Shown here piece after piece: positions 1 through 9,145 of a stretch of DNA of 54,047 nt. The DNA is from Candidatus Zixiibacteriota bacterium (lineage in GTDB: Bacteria > Zixibacteria > MSB-5A5 > GN15 > JAAZOE01): NCBI GenBank assembly GCA_043819555.1, contig JBDREQ010000078.1:1-54047 (forward strand). Direction: 5' to 3'. The notes below the pieces were generated by a model. The model was not told the origin of the DNA, ran no database searches, and saw only the letters and a program-made list of their open reading frames with translations. Position 1 is the stretch's first letter. The number at the start of each line of letters is the position of its first letter. The position numbers and the translations under genes were made by a program.

Positions 1-3000
1 GAATTTTGCAACCAGATTCGGAATTCGTATTCGACTCCCTCCTCAAGTTCATCGACCGGGGCCTCGACCCCGGGCAGGCCGACATCAATATAAACCAGGC
101 CTATATCCACGGGTACGCAGGCATCATCCATACCATCACTATTGGCATCGCCGAGACAGACTGTGCCGGGTCCCTGCGGTGTTCCGCCCATGCCTGTACA
201 GGTCGCCGGATCAACTTCTGTACAGGTATTGTTTGGCAGACAGCAGGCTTCGGCATCCGGTCCCGGAGGATCGCCGGTGATGACAAAGGCAAGATTAAGT
301 GATTTATTGAAATCCGGCGGTTCAAACATTTCGTTCCAATTATTGTCAGTCCCCCAGACTGCATCATCGTTAAATGAATGAATCGATGATTTCCAGCCCC
401 ATTCTCCTCCGACCAGAATTACTGGATAAACCGTAAGCCAATAGATCGTTCCTTCTTCCTGAAGGAACCAATCGGCCTGATTCAGAGTGATATCATACCT
501 GATGTAACCCTGATGATGATCGGAAATAGTTAATGGCTCATAGGGTGAATACCACCCCTGCCAGGAACTCGAACTTATCGGAACTTCCCCAGGATTTATG
601 AATTTACTCCACAATTTTTGGCCGGGCCGACTATAAGACACTGTGTCTCCGGCAGGTACATCACTGTATATTTCTATCGTCCAACCTATGACAATTCCTT
701 CTATACCATTTTTCCAGGAACCCCAGAAATGGATATCCTTGACATATCCGGATTCACTGCACCGCCAGTCATCTCCAATTCTCATACCGGCAAAGTTAGG
801 GGCACGCACATCCCAGCCGGATTCATCCGGTAACTGCGGGTAGTGCATCTTATGGTTTGACCAGGTGGGCTGGCCGCAGGCGTCATCGGCGCCGTCGCCG
901 TTAAGGTCGCCAAGGCATTCAGAACCCTCGCCCTGCGGGACGCCTCCCATTGATTCGCAATTTTCAGTCGAAACTTCAACACAGCCGCCATCAGGTAAAC
1001 AACAGGCCTGGGGCTGAAATGCATTACAAGTGTTGGCATCGCAGGTCGTACCATCCCCCATAAAAGTGCCAGACATGAGTGATAAACAACTCCATCTATC
1101 AGTTGTAAGACAATTCCCATCGGACGCGCAACAGGCACCAAAATCATAGCAACTCGTCCCCGGTCCCTGGGGAGTACCTCCCAGTTCAAGACAACAAAGC
1201 GGATCCAGATCACCCGCGCAATCGTTGCCGGGTAATACGCATGCCTCAGGAGCCGTGCATTGCGTTCCGGCTCCCTGGAAAGTCCCCGCTGAATCCAATA
1301 TACATTCCAAAGCAGACATTTCTAAACATTGGCCGCTGGGCATACAGCAAGCTCCCGGGGTCTCTTCACACAAGTCGTCAGTCCCATTGTCATCGTAATC
1401 ACCCTGGCAGGTCGTCCCGAGCGGCTGTACTGTGCCGAATATACAGCTAAGCAAATCTTCAGTACACGCACCGTCGGGCAGACAGCAGGCCATCGGCGAA
1501 AAATCAGGTGTTGGATTAGATCCGGGGGTACATTGTACAGGCGGGTTACCAGCTAAATACAAGTACCTAATTAAATAAACAGCATCATTTTGGTCAATAC
1601 GTCCATCCCCATTCACGTCTGCGTTGGCAGGTGTCGAAGGCGGGGGTCCTTCTTTTACAAGATAATTCAGTAGGTATGAAACATCTTGTATATTTGGTCC
1701 AATCCCATCATCATTAATATCACCCGACATACAGGTTTCACTAGCTTCACCGGTGATGACGAAGGCGAAATCAATCGACTGAAGGGTATCAAAGGGATCG
1801 TTAAGCCTTTGCCAATCCCATCCCGTGTAACTGGACCTATATACAGCATTATCAAGAAAATGATCCTGGGAGGATTTCCATCCCCAAGCTCTTGGATAGG
1901 GTTCATTGGTAGCAGGAATAATTTCCAGCCAGTAAACAGTGCCGGAATCCTGGTGAAACCAATCAGCGGAATCGAGACAAATATTGTACTGATAGTAGTC
2001 GTACGCATTTCCTTCGATAATTTCTTCCGTATTGGGGTCATACCATTTTTGCGGTAATTGCGGGAAAAAATGAACGGCCTCAAAATCCACTACGCCTTTT
2101 GACCATAAAATATCACCAGGCATACTGAACCCGGATGGGGAGGAATCGGCGGGAATATCTGCATGTATTGTTAGTTGAAAACCATATATGAAATCTTCCA
2201 TTGCATACTTCCATGACCCCCAGAAATGGATATCTTTGACATCGCCTGTTTCGGAGCATTGCCAGTCATCAGCAAGAATTATTTCCCAGTCGTTCGCCCC
2301 TATCTCCCAGCCTGTCAAATCCGGAAGCTGTGGAAAATGCATTTTGTGAGGGTCTTCTTCTTCCCAGGAACAGGTAACTCCCTCACAATTAGAATTGGGT
2401 TCACCATAAACCATAAAAGCGAGCCACCCGGGGATGGGTGGAGGAGCAAAAAAATCGTGCCATTCATACCAGTTACCGGTGGAATAACCAAGACCCCACA
2501 TATATCCGTTAGGTACCGTTTCATCTCCACTCATTACAAAAGACGGGGTGCTTCCCTCTACACCCGACTGATACTCAATGCCGATAAAAAACGGACCATC
2601 CACACAGCAGGCTTTCGGGAAGTTAAACATGCCGGAATGGCCAGAAAACTCAGCCTCATTGGCTACCATTGAATACCGACATATTTCTTCGCCGGGTCCC
2701 TGCATAATGTCGGAGGGATTAACCATCTCACGAACAATAATATCGATAGAAACCGGCCATGTATTCGCGGTATCAGCAATAAGCGTAAAGGAGAAGGCAG
2801 TTATCTCAAATGGCCAGGGGGAATAATCGCAACCGACCACCAAATAATTTGGATCAGCTGGATTATAATAGGTATAGACTCCAGTTCCAGCTTGAGTATT
2901 GCCCGAATACCACGAGCTACTCCAATCCGCGTCATAATACAAGACACAATATCCATCCTTATCCGTTGGCGGTTGTGTTATTGATATTGGTTTCATGATT

Positions 3001-3098
3001 TTAATAGCCTGTCCTTTTTCTTCAGCTCCAACCATTTGCGCGACAGACAGCAGAAAAACGCAAATCAGCATTACAGCGTAGAATCTTTTAAACATCAT
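1..3098 (-). CDS. Large secreted Cys-rich multidomain surface protein, 3'-truncated by the window edge (>1030 aa): signal peptide, two copies of an HKMH(F/Y)PQLPD...DDW.CSE.G.VKDIHFWGSW domain, internal dockerin-like domain, ACC-type Cys repeats
   Basis: Absent from the ORF track because the frame has no stop inside the window. Manual translation from ATG 3098/3095 (GGGAGG RBS at 3101-3106) gives MMFKRFYAVMLICVFLLSVAQMVGA..., contains GDINDDG...ADVNGDGRIDQNDAVYLIRYLYLAGNPP (~1535-1725) and reaches ...YEFRIWLQN in the same frame at base 3. Confidence 0.88.
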   Translation of the reverse strand, partial: MMFKRFYAVMLICVFLLSVAQMVGAEEKGQAIKIMKPISITQPPTDKDGYCVLYYDADWSSSWYSGNTQAGTGVYTYYNPADPNYLVVGCDYSPWPFEITAFSFTLIADTANTWPVSIDIIVREMVNPSDIMQGPGEEICRYSMVANEAEFSGHSGMFNFPKACCVDGPFFIGIEYQSGVEGSTPSFVMSGDETVPNGYMWGLGYSTGNWYEWHDFFAPPPIPGWLAFMVYGEPNSNCEGVTCSWEEEDPHKMHFPQLPDLTGWEIGANDWEIILADDWQCSETGDVKDIHFWGSWKYAMEDFIYGFQLTIHADIPADSSPSGFSMPGDILWSKGVVDFEAVHFFPQLPQKWYDPNTEEIIEGNAYDYYQYNICLDSADWFHQDSGTVYWLEIIPATNEPYPRAWGWKSSQDHFLDNAVYRSSYTGWDWQRLNDPFDTLQSIDFAFVITGEASETCMSGDINDDGIGPNIQDVSYLLNYLVKEGPPPSTPANADVNGDGRIDQNDAVYLIRYLYLAGNPPVQCTPGSNPTPDFSPMACCLPDGACTEDLLSCIFGTVQPLGTTCQGDYDDNGTDDLCEETPGACCMPSGQCLEMSALECILDSAGTFQGAGTQCTAPEACVLPGNDCAGDLDPLCCLELGGTPQGPGTSCYDFGACCASDGNCLTTDRWSCLSLMSGTFMGDGTTCDANTCNAFQPQACCLPDGGCVEVSTENCESMGGVPQGEGSECLGDLNGDGADDACGQPTWSNHKMHYPQLPDESGWDVRAPNFAGMRIGDDWRCSESGYVKDIHFWGSWKNGIEGIVIGWTIEIYSDVPAGDTVSYSRPGQKLWSKFINPGEVPISSSSWQGWYSPYEPLTISDHHQGYIRYDITLNQADWFLQEEGTIYWLTVYPVILVGGEWGWKSSIHSFNDDAVWGTDNNWNEMFEPPDFNKSLNLAFVITGDPPGPDAEACCLPNNTCTEVDPATCTGMGGTPQGPGTVCLGDANSDGMDDACVPVDIGLVYIDVGLPGVEAPVDELEEGVEYEFRIWLQN

Positions 3099-3271
3099 AG
3101 CCTCCCCAGTGAGAGAAAGGGTTTTAGAACCGGCAGGTATGTCAAGCCCGTCGGCTGAATAATATTTTCAAAACCGATGCGGCCAAAGGTGATAATCTAA
3201 AGATGTTTTCAACGAGGTTCGGAAAGGAGGGTTTTGCCTTGACAATGGCAATTTCGCTCTTTTTATTGCGG

Positions 3272-3384
3272 ATGGGAAGGCTCACCGGTTTTTACGCCGC
3301 AAGAGCATTTCCAGCCACACCGGCTTTATGGGCAAGACTTTGTATAGAGAAGGCCCATATTGCAGTACTTTCCCATAAACCTGG
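3272..3384. ncRNA. Candidate structured RNA or leader (three-helix junction with an alternative pairing), no family recognised
   Basis: Helices ATGGGAAGG/CTTTCCCAT (3272-3280/3368-3376), CCGGT/ACCGG (3285-3289/3319-3323) and TATGGGC/GCCCATA (3327-3333/3353-3359). Alternative helix 3320-3332/3372-3384. Confidence 0.3.
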
Positions 3385-3391
3385 CGTTAAT

Positions 3392-3419
3392 ATTATACAA
3401 ATCGCAACCTCGTAATCAA
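3392..3419 (-). promoter_or_regulatory. Putative sigma-70 promoter upstream of the large secreted-protein gene
   Basis: TTGATT-N16-TATAAT on the minus strand. Confidence 0.45.
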
Positions 3420-3716
3420 TTGGCGGCATATTTTAGTTCCAAAAGGTTACAATCGAAAGCCCCGCGCGTACAGAGGGTAATCATAAGATTTAACCAATCT
3501 ATTTCATATTAACATAGTCATTCCAATATGTCAAGTAAAAAGTCTACTATAATTGTCCGGATTCATGTGATGTAGATATATCAGACCTTGTGAGACATAT
3601 TGTATTATTTTAATGAGAAAAAGTGTCTCTTATATTTGAATTACAAAATACGAAAGGTTTTGACGACGCACATTCAAGTCACTTGCCATAATCCAAAGGT
3701 ACAGTAACAAATCCAA

Positions 3717-4142
3717 TTATCTTGGTGCCGATGCCTGGCCAATCATCACACGCGCAACGCCATAAGCCACCGCGATGCTAAGGATCGATGCCTCAAGATC
3801 AAGCGGGTCGAAGGTATACCTCACATACGCAAGAAATCCGGGCTGCGGGAGCAGTTGCGCAAACTCCAACCCCAGTGCGATGCCCGTGGTGAGAAGGGTA
3901 ATCTGGAGGAGCGAGAAGCGGGAGAGCTTGCCTGTGCTGGAGAGAAGCAAGAAGAGAAGGCCAGGGGGCCCTAGGATGCTGGGGGCGATGTCAATCGCTA
4001 GGGAGACGGTGTGGGTAGGTACAAGACGGACGAGTTTGATCGGGATGATCATTAGTAGAAATACGGTACCAAGCCAACCTAGCGATCGTTTTCTGCGGAG
4101 GATTCGGTTAATGTCTTGGGGATGTTGGTCCTGGTGTATCAT
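3717..4142 (-). CDS. Small integral membrane protein (VanZ/DUF2809-like)
   Basis: About 4 hydrophobic segments and an LEFAQL...YTFDPLDL motif. ATG at 4142 preferred over the ORF-track start at 4160. Visibly GC-richer than its flanks. Confidence 0.6.
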   Translation of the reverse strand: MIHQDQHPQDINRILRRKRSLGWLGTVFLLMIIPIKLVRLVPTHTVSLAIDIAPSILGPPGLLFLLLSSTGKLSRFSLLQITLLTTGIALGLEFAQLLPQPGFLAYVRYTFDPLDLEASILSIAVAYGVARVMIGQASAPR

Positions 4143-4313
4143 GACAAGCCTTTGCTGCAAGTCTGCAGGGATTTCGCATCACTTCCGATTCCTTCTGCAT
4201 AATCCAACACAAATCTCTTGTATCTAACTGACCATCTACGATCCATAAAAATAATCTCCTTCTATCTCTAAATCCAATATACAACATGTCCAAGGAGGTA
4301 TGGCATTCTTATA

Positions 4314-4355
4314 GTCACAAATTTAAAAAAATCATGGACACAAAATGGTCACAAA
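4314..4355. repeat. Short direct repeats resembling integrase arm-type sites downstream of tRNA-Met
   Basis: GTCACAAA (4314-4321), TGGACACAAAA (4335-4345) and TGGTCACAAA (4346-4355). Confidence 0.4.
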
Positions 4356-4436
4356 CGAGAAGCCCTTAATGATAGTACCATTATACTGTTTATTAAGTGA
4401 TTGTCAAGCAATAAAATGATTTTTAAAAATAAAAAA

Positions 4437-4510
4437 TAGCGGAGCAGGGACTTGAACCCCGGACACGCGGATTATGATTCCGCTGCTCTAACCAGCTGAG
4501 CTACTCCGCC
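4437..4510 (-). tRNA. tRNA-Met(CAT), probably elongator; CCA not encoded
   Basis: Reverse complement GGCGGAGTAGCTCAGCTGGTTAGAGCAGCGGAATCATAATCCGCGTGTCCGGGGTTCAAGTCCCTGCTCCGCTA folds as a cloverleaf with CAT anticodon. It lacks the initiator C1:A72 mismatch and GGG/CCC anticodon stem. Ile2 is not fully excluded. Confidence 0.95.
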
Positions 4511-4526
4511 ATTTTTCAGGTTTGAT

Positions 4527-4554
4527 AATCTAATAAAATTTATCGGTCTGTCAA
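4527..4554 (-). promoter_or_regulatory. sigma-70 promoter of tRNA-Met
   Basis: TTGACA-N16-TAGATT immediately upstream of the tRNA. Confidence 0.6.
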
Positions 4555-4652
4555 TCCTTTTATTGAATATTAATTAACGATCACTTCGACTGATATTATT
4601 ATTGGGGATTTGGAGTTGGGCCATTTTCAACAATTCCAAAATCAGGATTTGG

Positions 4653-5621
4653 CTATTCTAGCCTAATATTATCAAAATAGAGCGTAAACGGTTGTGCGGG
4701 TCTAACGGCAAAGAAAACAATCGCGGCAATTGAGTTCATATCGAGCTTTCTATCTTGAGGACCATTTTGAATTTCTGACAATGGTATGACTATTGCGTTG
4801 TGCCCTGGATTTATTTCAATTAGTCGATTAAAGCGGTCAGAATAATTGCTATCGTGGCGATAATCTTCTATTCTTATAGCTATCCGAGATATTGAATCTA
4901 GTGGAGAGAATATTTCAAATTCTAGATAATTGTAAAAACTCCAATCCCGCACCGGCTCTAAAATTCCAAAACCGCTGTATTGATCTGGAATGAATTTGAC
5001 TTGGCAGACCTTATCACCGTCAACTTTCCCCCATTCTTCAGGCCCCGATACTCTGGAGATTTTGGCCTGATCAATTTCCCAAAACACTTCTTCCAGCGAT
5101 GAATCAAATTCGCATATTACCGGAAATGAATTATTTCTATATAGATATGCCCCACCCCATAAGGCGATAGGAGCAAGCGACAATACCACCATTAAAGATA
5201 ACAATACAAATAGTGCTTTGCGCAGATTTTTGATTGTCGCTGAAAAAAGGCTGACCGGTTTTGTATCGCGCCATAAGCAAAAGCCCAAAAAGATTATAAT
5301 TCCGGCTTCGTTACGAACTACATCCCAAATATCCGCGTCGCGAGGGCCAAACATCTGAATATATTCGGTCAGTATTCCAAGAAGACTGGAGATACCAAAG
5401 GCAATTGCATAATGGTGAAACGGATTTTTTAATTTCTGATGCAGAATATGCCTTGACAGACCCAATAATGACAGCGCCAGAAAACCAAAGGCAGGAATAT
5501 GAGCGGTATTGCTGATTGATTGCAGCAGGAAAGATTTTCCGGGCGGTTTGATAAATCCAAATGCTATAATGAAGAACAATATAATGACAAAATAAATTGT
5601 GCTGCGGTCCTTGGATTTCAT
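4653..5621 (-). CDS. VanZ-family membrane protein with C-terminal carbohydrate-binding-like domain
   Basis: N-terminal TM region with AHIPAFG...TEYIQ...RDADIWDVVRN, followed by a soluble beta-rich domain ending LYFDNIRLE. Confidence 0.75.
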   Translation of the reverse strand: MKSKDRSTIYFVIILFFIIAFGFIKPPGKSFLLQSISNTAHIPAFGFLALSLLGLSRHILHQKLKNPFHHYAIAFGISSLLGILTEYIQMFGPRDADIWDVVRNEAGIIIFLGFCLWRDTKPVSLFSATIKNLRKALFVLLSLMVVLSLAPIALWGGAYLYRNNSFPVICEFDSSLEEVFWEIDQAKISRVSGPEEWGKVDGDKVCQVKFIPDQYSGFGILEPVRDWSFYNYLEFEIFSPLDSISRIAIRIEDYRHDSNYSDRFNRLIEINPGHNAIVIPLSEIQNGPQDRKLDMNSIAAIVFFAVRPAQPFTLYFDNIRLE

Positions 5622-5727
5622 GCTCTATTTACTTTTCTGATTAAGTACTCAAATTTCAATCGCCTTTATAAGATAGTACAATGCTTACCGGCAACGAAAG
5701 ATAAAATAACGGCATTTGTTTTCAAGA

Positions 5728-5756
5728 TTGACTTAAGTAATCGCCGATTCTATAAT
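5728..5756 (+). promoter_or_regulatory. sigma-70 promoter of wecB
   Basis: TTGACT-N17-TATAAT. Confidence 0.65.
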
Positions 5757-5869
5757 GCGGTTGAAATAAGTATTAAGATACGCGAATGAATTGAAAGAAG
5801 TTGCAATGATTTTTAGCCGATATTAATTATGGGAACGTATCGTTTTGAAAAATGGAGAAATTGAGATAA

Positions 5870-6973
5870 ATGTTAAAAAAAATCATGCTGATAATCGGGG
5901 CTCGGCCCAATTTCATTAAAGCCGCTCCTCTTATGCGGGAATTAAGAACCCATACGGATAAATTTGTACCCTGCCTCATTCATACCGGACAACACTATGA
6001 TCACAATTTATCACAATTATTCTTCGAACAGCTGAAGATGGCCCAGCCTGATACTTATCTTGGTGTCGGCTCGGGCACCCATGCCCAACAGACAGCCAAA
6101 ATTATGATTGGACTGGAAGAAGAATTCGGGAAAAATCGACCTGATCTGGTTATAGTTTTCGGTGATGTCAACTCGACCCTGGCGGCATCGATCGTCGCGT
6201 CAAAAATGTGCCTCAAGCTGGCTCATGTTGAAGCCGGGCTGAGAAGTTTTGATAATGCTATGCCGGAAGAGATAAACCGCATTGTGACCGATCGCCTTTC
6301 GGATTTTCTCTTTATCACCGAAAAGTCAGGGCGCGAAAATCTCTTAAATGAGGGTGTTTCTGAGGATAAGATATTTTTTGTAGGAAATATCATGATTGAT
6401 TCTTTGGTCAATAACCTTGAATTGTCCCGAAAATCGAAAATTATTGAGCAGCTGCATATAACGCCAAATGAATATGCTGTTTTGACACTCCATCGCCCAG
6501 CCAATGTAGATGATAAGGACACACTTGACATATTATTGAAAGCCATTTGCAAAATCAGCCAAAAATTGCCGGTTATATTTCCTTGCCATCCCCGAACCAA
6601 AAACGCATTGATGAAATTTGGATTTGATTTTGAATCTAACAGTAATTTCAAAATCATTGATCCGGTCGGATACCTCGATTTTCTGGCTTTACAAGCCAAC
6701 GCCAAACTCGTTTTAACAGATTCCGGAGGAATTCAGGAAGAAACTACATATTTACAAATCCCCTGTATTACCATCCGGGAAAATACCGAGCGGCCGATTA
6801 CGGCAGAAGTTGGAACCAATATTCTGGCCGGATTGAAATATGATAATATCATTGAGGCGGCCAATAACGTCTTTAATGGAAAACATCCCAAAGGCCGAAT
6901 TCCCGACCTCTGGGATGGATGTACAGCCCAAAGAATTGTCACAACCCTTGAAGAAATATACGATAAGTATTAA
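5870..6973 (+). CDS. wecB: UDP-N-acetylglucosamine 2-epimerase (non-hydrolysing)
   Basis: GARPNFIK, HTGQHYD, HVEAGLRS, PEEINR and TDSGGIQEE motifs. Confidence 0.95.
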   Translation: MLKKIMLIIGARPNFIKAAPLMRELRTHTDKFVPCLIHTGQHYDHNLSQLFFEQLKMAQPDTYLGVGSGTHAQQTAKIMIGLEEEFGKNRPDLVIVFGDVNSTLAASIVASKMCLKLAHVEAGLRSFDNAMPEEINRIVTDRLSDFLFITEKSGRENLLNEGVSEDKIFFVGNIMIDSLVNNLELSRKSKIIEQLHITPNEYAVLTLHRPANVDDKDTLDILLKAICKISQKLPVIFPCHPRTKNALMKFGFDFESNSNFKIIDPVGYLDFLALQANAKLVLTDSGGIQEETTYLQIPCITIRENTERPITAEVGTNILAGLKYDNIIEAANNVFNGKHPKGRIPDLWDGCTAQRIVTTLEEIYDKY

Positions 6974-6987
6974 GGCCGGTGATACTC

Positions 6988-8823
6988 CTAATTAACGACT
7001 ACCAGCTTGCCTTTAAAATTTGTACCAGCCAAATACCACAAATAAACGCTCGAAGCCACTTCCGACCCTTCAATATTGGTTCCGTCCCAGAAAATATCCT
7101 GGCCGGTAATATTATCCCATGATTTTACCACATCGCCGGTTGGAGTCATCAAAACCAGTGTTCCTTCATCCTGAAATCCTGTAAATGTCGTCGTCGGGGT
7201 GAACGTCATGTCAAACGGATTGGGATAAAAATGCGGCTCGGCTGAGGCCATTGCCTGAGATTGAGAAGAATCAGGATTATTATTCCCCAGATCATCAATA
7301 CTATCGGGTGGAATGGTATCAATAATATTGCTGCCTTCCGGTATGAATATTTTTCCTTCGACGTTTCGAATGGTTGCCGAAGAAACAATCGGGCCAAGGG
7401 TCCCGTCAGCATATAGTTCTTGGAAACTGCCTCCAAGATTATAAGAAACTCCCGAGGGATTTCCATAATTAGAACCCCCTCGCATTCGATACAACATTAG
7501 TGAATTGGTATAATCCCGTCGATAAAGGTTGTAGTTCTGCCCTGCCGGATCGGTCCCGCTGGCGACGACATATCTCGGAGCGGTTGGTGTTCCGATATTA
7601 TATTCAATAGCCCCAAACCATTTAAAACTGGTATCGGCCATCATGAAATCATTGGGACGATGTTCTATAGTATTACCGCACAGCATAAAGAAAAATCTTT
7701 CCGGATTCGCGGCCATATAGTAAAATGTTAACCTTTCCATCTGGCATCTTTCTAAAGATCCCAGCGAAACCACTTCACTGGCGCCACCATCAAAAATGGT
7801 CAGCCAGACGACGGCATATCCGGTATCCCAGACGACAATTGAATCCATATAATCCCAGACAGAACTGCTCCATGTGTATATTATAGGCGAAGCGGCGTTT
7901 TCAAAGATAAATCCGCCCATGCCTGCTTTCCATGTACCATGCCATGGATCAGTCGCTGAAGTTATTGCGCCATAATTTGTCACATTGGCCAAATGCATTT
8001 TATTCGCGCCATACATCGCATCTTCAAAGTCTTTGAGCCATCCTGAGCCATCGGAAGTATTTATCCGTATCTGCTGAAGTTCATTCCTGGCCTGGAGCCA
8101 CGTGTATCCTTCCCAGCCTTTAATATCCGAAACGGTAGTACCTTCGATCCACTTCGTATCATCTCCGCCGGTATTACGAAACGGAAACATCATATGATTG
8201 GCGCCGGTATAAAAATGCGCTTCATCTTCCATTACACCATCCCATTCAGCGCCCATTTCATTTAGAGCTTTCCAGCGGAAATAAGCCGGCGTTCCTTCAT
8301 AACGAAAATCAGCGGCATAACGCTGTTCGGTCCAGCCGCAAAATCCTAATTTTTCGCCTCTATAGCTTCTTCGAATATCGGCGTTGCATCCCGGGCCTGA
8401 ACCATACACAACCGCGCTATCCCCAGAAACCCATAAATAGAGTGAATCGGCAATATATCCCGAATCCGCGCAAAATCCAGGGATCAGGGATACGTCTCCC
8501 GAGCGAATACTGCTCAGGGTTAAGTACTTTATTAGCTTAATATTCGGGTTTTCGCTTCTTAAAGTATTTCTCCATGATGCATTGCCCGGATTAATTACCA
8601 AATCATAATGCTGACCAATAAATGGCATTGCGGCAGTAGCCGAGCCAGAATATGTAATCGTTGCTGTACGAATGTGCTGATACCGGGTCCAATCGTTGGA
8701 TACCATCCACGTTTGTCCGTAAACTCCCGAAACACAAAACAGCGCAATTATGGCAATCAAGGCGATGTATGAATGATTTATCGACTCTCTATGGAACTTT
8801 TGCAAAGATGCAAAGCCAGTCAT
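6988..8823 (-). CDS. Secreted putative glycoside hydrolase (GHL15-like TIM barrel) with C-terminal T9SS-type/FlgD-Ig sorting domain
   Basis: Signal peptide, WDGVMED acidic motif, LYRRDYTNSLML segment and C-terminal YPNPF...WDGTN..G..VASSVY...GKLVVVN. ATG 8823 has a GGGAGA RBS (ORF-track start 8850). Confidence 0.65.
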   Translation of the reverse strand: MTGFASLQKFHRESINHSYIALIAIIALFCVSGVYGQTWMVSNDWTRYQHIRTATITYSGSATAAMPFIGQHYDLVINPGNASWRNTLRSENPNIKLIKYLTLSSIRSGDVSLIPGFCADSGYIADSLYLWVSGDSAVVYGSGPGCNADIRRSYRGEKLGFCGWTEQRYAADFRYEGTPAYFRWKALNEMGAEWDGVMEDEAHFYTGANHMMFPFRNTGGDDTKWIEGTTVSDIKGWEGYTWLQARNELQQIRINTSDGSGWLKDFEDAMYGANKMHLANVTNYGAITSATDPWHGTWKAGMGGFIFENAASPIIYTWSSSVWDYMDSIVVWDTGYAVVWLTIFDGGASEVVSLGSLERCQMERLTFYYMAANPERFFFMLCGNTIEHRPNDFMMADTSFKWFGAIEYNIGTPTAPRYVVASGTDPAGQNYNLYRRDYTNSLMLYRMRGGSNYGNPSGVSYNLGGSFQELYADGTLGPIVSSATIRNVEGKIFIPEGSNIIDTIPPDSIDDLGNNNPDSSQSQAMASAEPHFYPNPFDMTFTPTTTFTGFQDEGTLVLMTPTGDVVKSWDNITGQDIFWDGTNIEGSEVASSVYLWYLAGTNFKGKLVVVN

Positions 8824-8865
8824 AATGTTTCTCCCGATAAACGGTTTCATTACTCTGTTATACTA

Positions 8866-8881
8866 ATCAATATCCATGCCG
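8866..8881 (-). promoter_or_regulatory. sigma-54-like -24/-12 promoter
   Basis: CGGCATGGATATTGAT (GG-N10-GA), ~40 nt upstream of the ATG at 8823. Confidence 0.5.
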
Positions 8882-9037
8882 TTTGAAAAATATCCGACAT
8901 CTGTAACCTAAAGACTTGCAACAACTTAAAAACTATTAAATAGTTGATTAACCGCGGTACTGTATATCGGCAAAACAACTATTCTAATTAATTACGCCGA
9001 AACATTTTAACCCATTATACGGCAACAAACTAAAACT

Positions 9038-9065
9038 ATTGTAAGGAATTTAATCAAGGTGTCAA
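9038..9065 (-). promoter_or_regulatory. Putative sigma-70 promoter
   Basis: TTGACA-N16-TACAAT on the minus strand in the 8850-9146 gap. Confidence 0.5.
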
Positions 9066-9145
9066 CAAAAACCACAATTTACATAAAGTGATTTTTCTTT
9101 ATTTATGGCACTAAGAAATATCGGGGGGTTGTACTTTCTCAATAA

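Noticed and set aside
6..2998. Many short ORF-track entries in 1-3000, suggesting a fragmented pseudogene
   Set aside because: They are antisense or alternate-frame shadows of one long minus-strand frame.
3168..3185. sigma-54-like site upstream of the giant gene (CCGCATCGGTTTTGAA)
   Set aside because: The invariant GG at -24 is CG, so it is too degenerate to call.
3120..3250. c-di-GMP-I (GGCAAAACC) or cobalamin (GACATACCTGCC) riboswitch fragments on the minus strand
   Set aside because: The other required conserved elements (GAAA...GACGCAAA, or GCCACTG and the B12-box context) are absent.
3272..3384. 5S rRNA, suggested by size and three-way junction
   Set aside because: No conserved 5S loop C (CCGAAC) or loop E sequence, and no rRNA operon context.
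3673..3681. TTCAAGTC as a duplicated tRNA end (att site)
   Set aside because: Only 8 bp and in the opposite orientation to tRNA-Met.
3775..4227. 150 aa plus-strand ORF, and similar antisense ORFs across the window
   Set aside because: They overlap better-supported genes on the opposite strand and carry no recognisable motifs.
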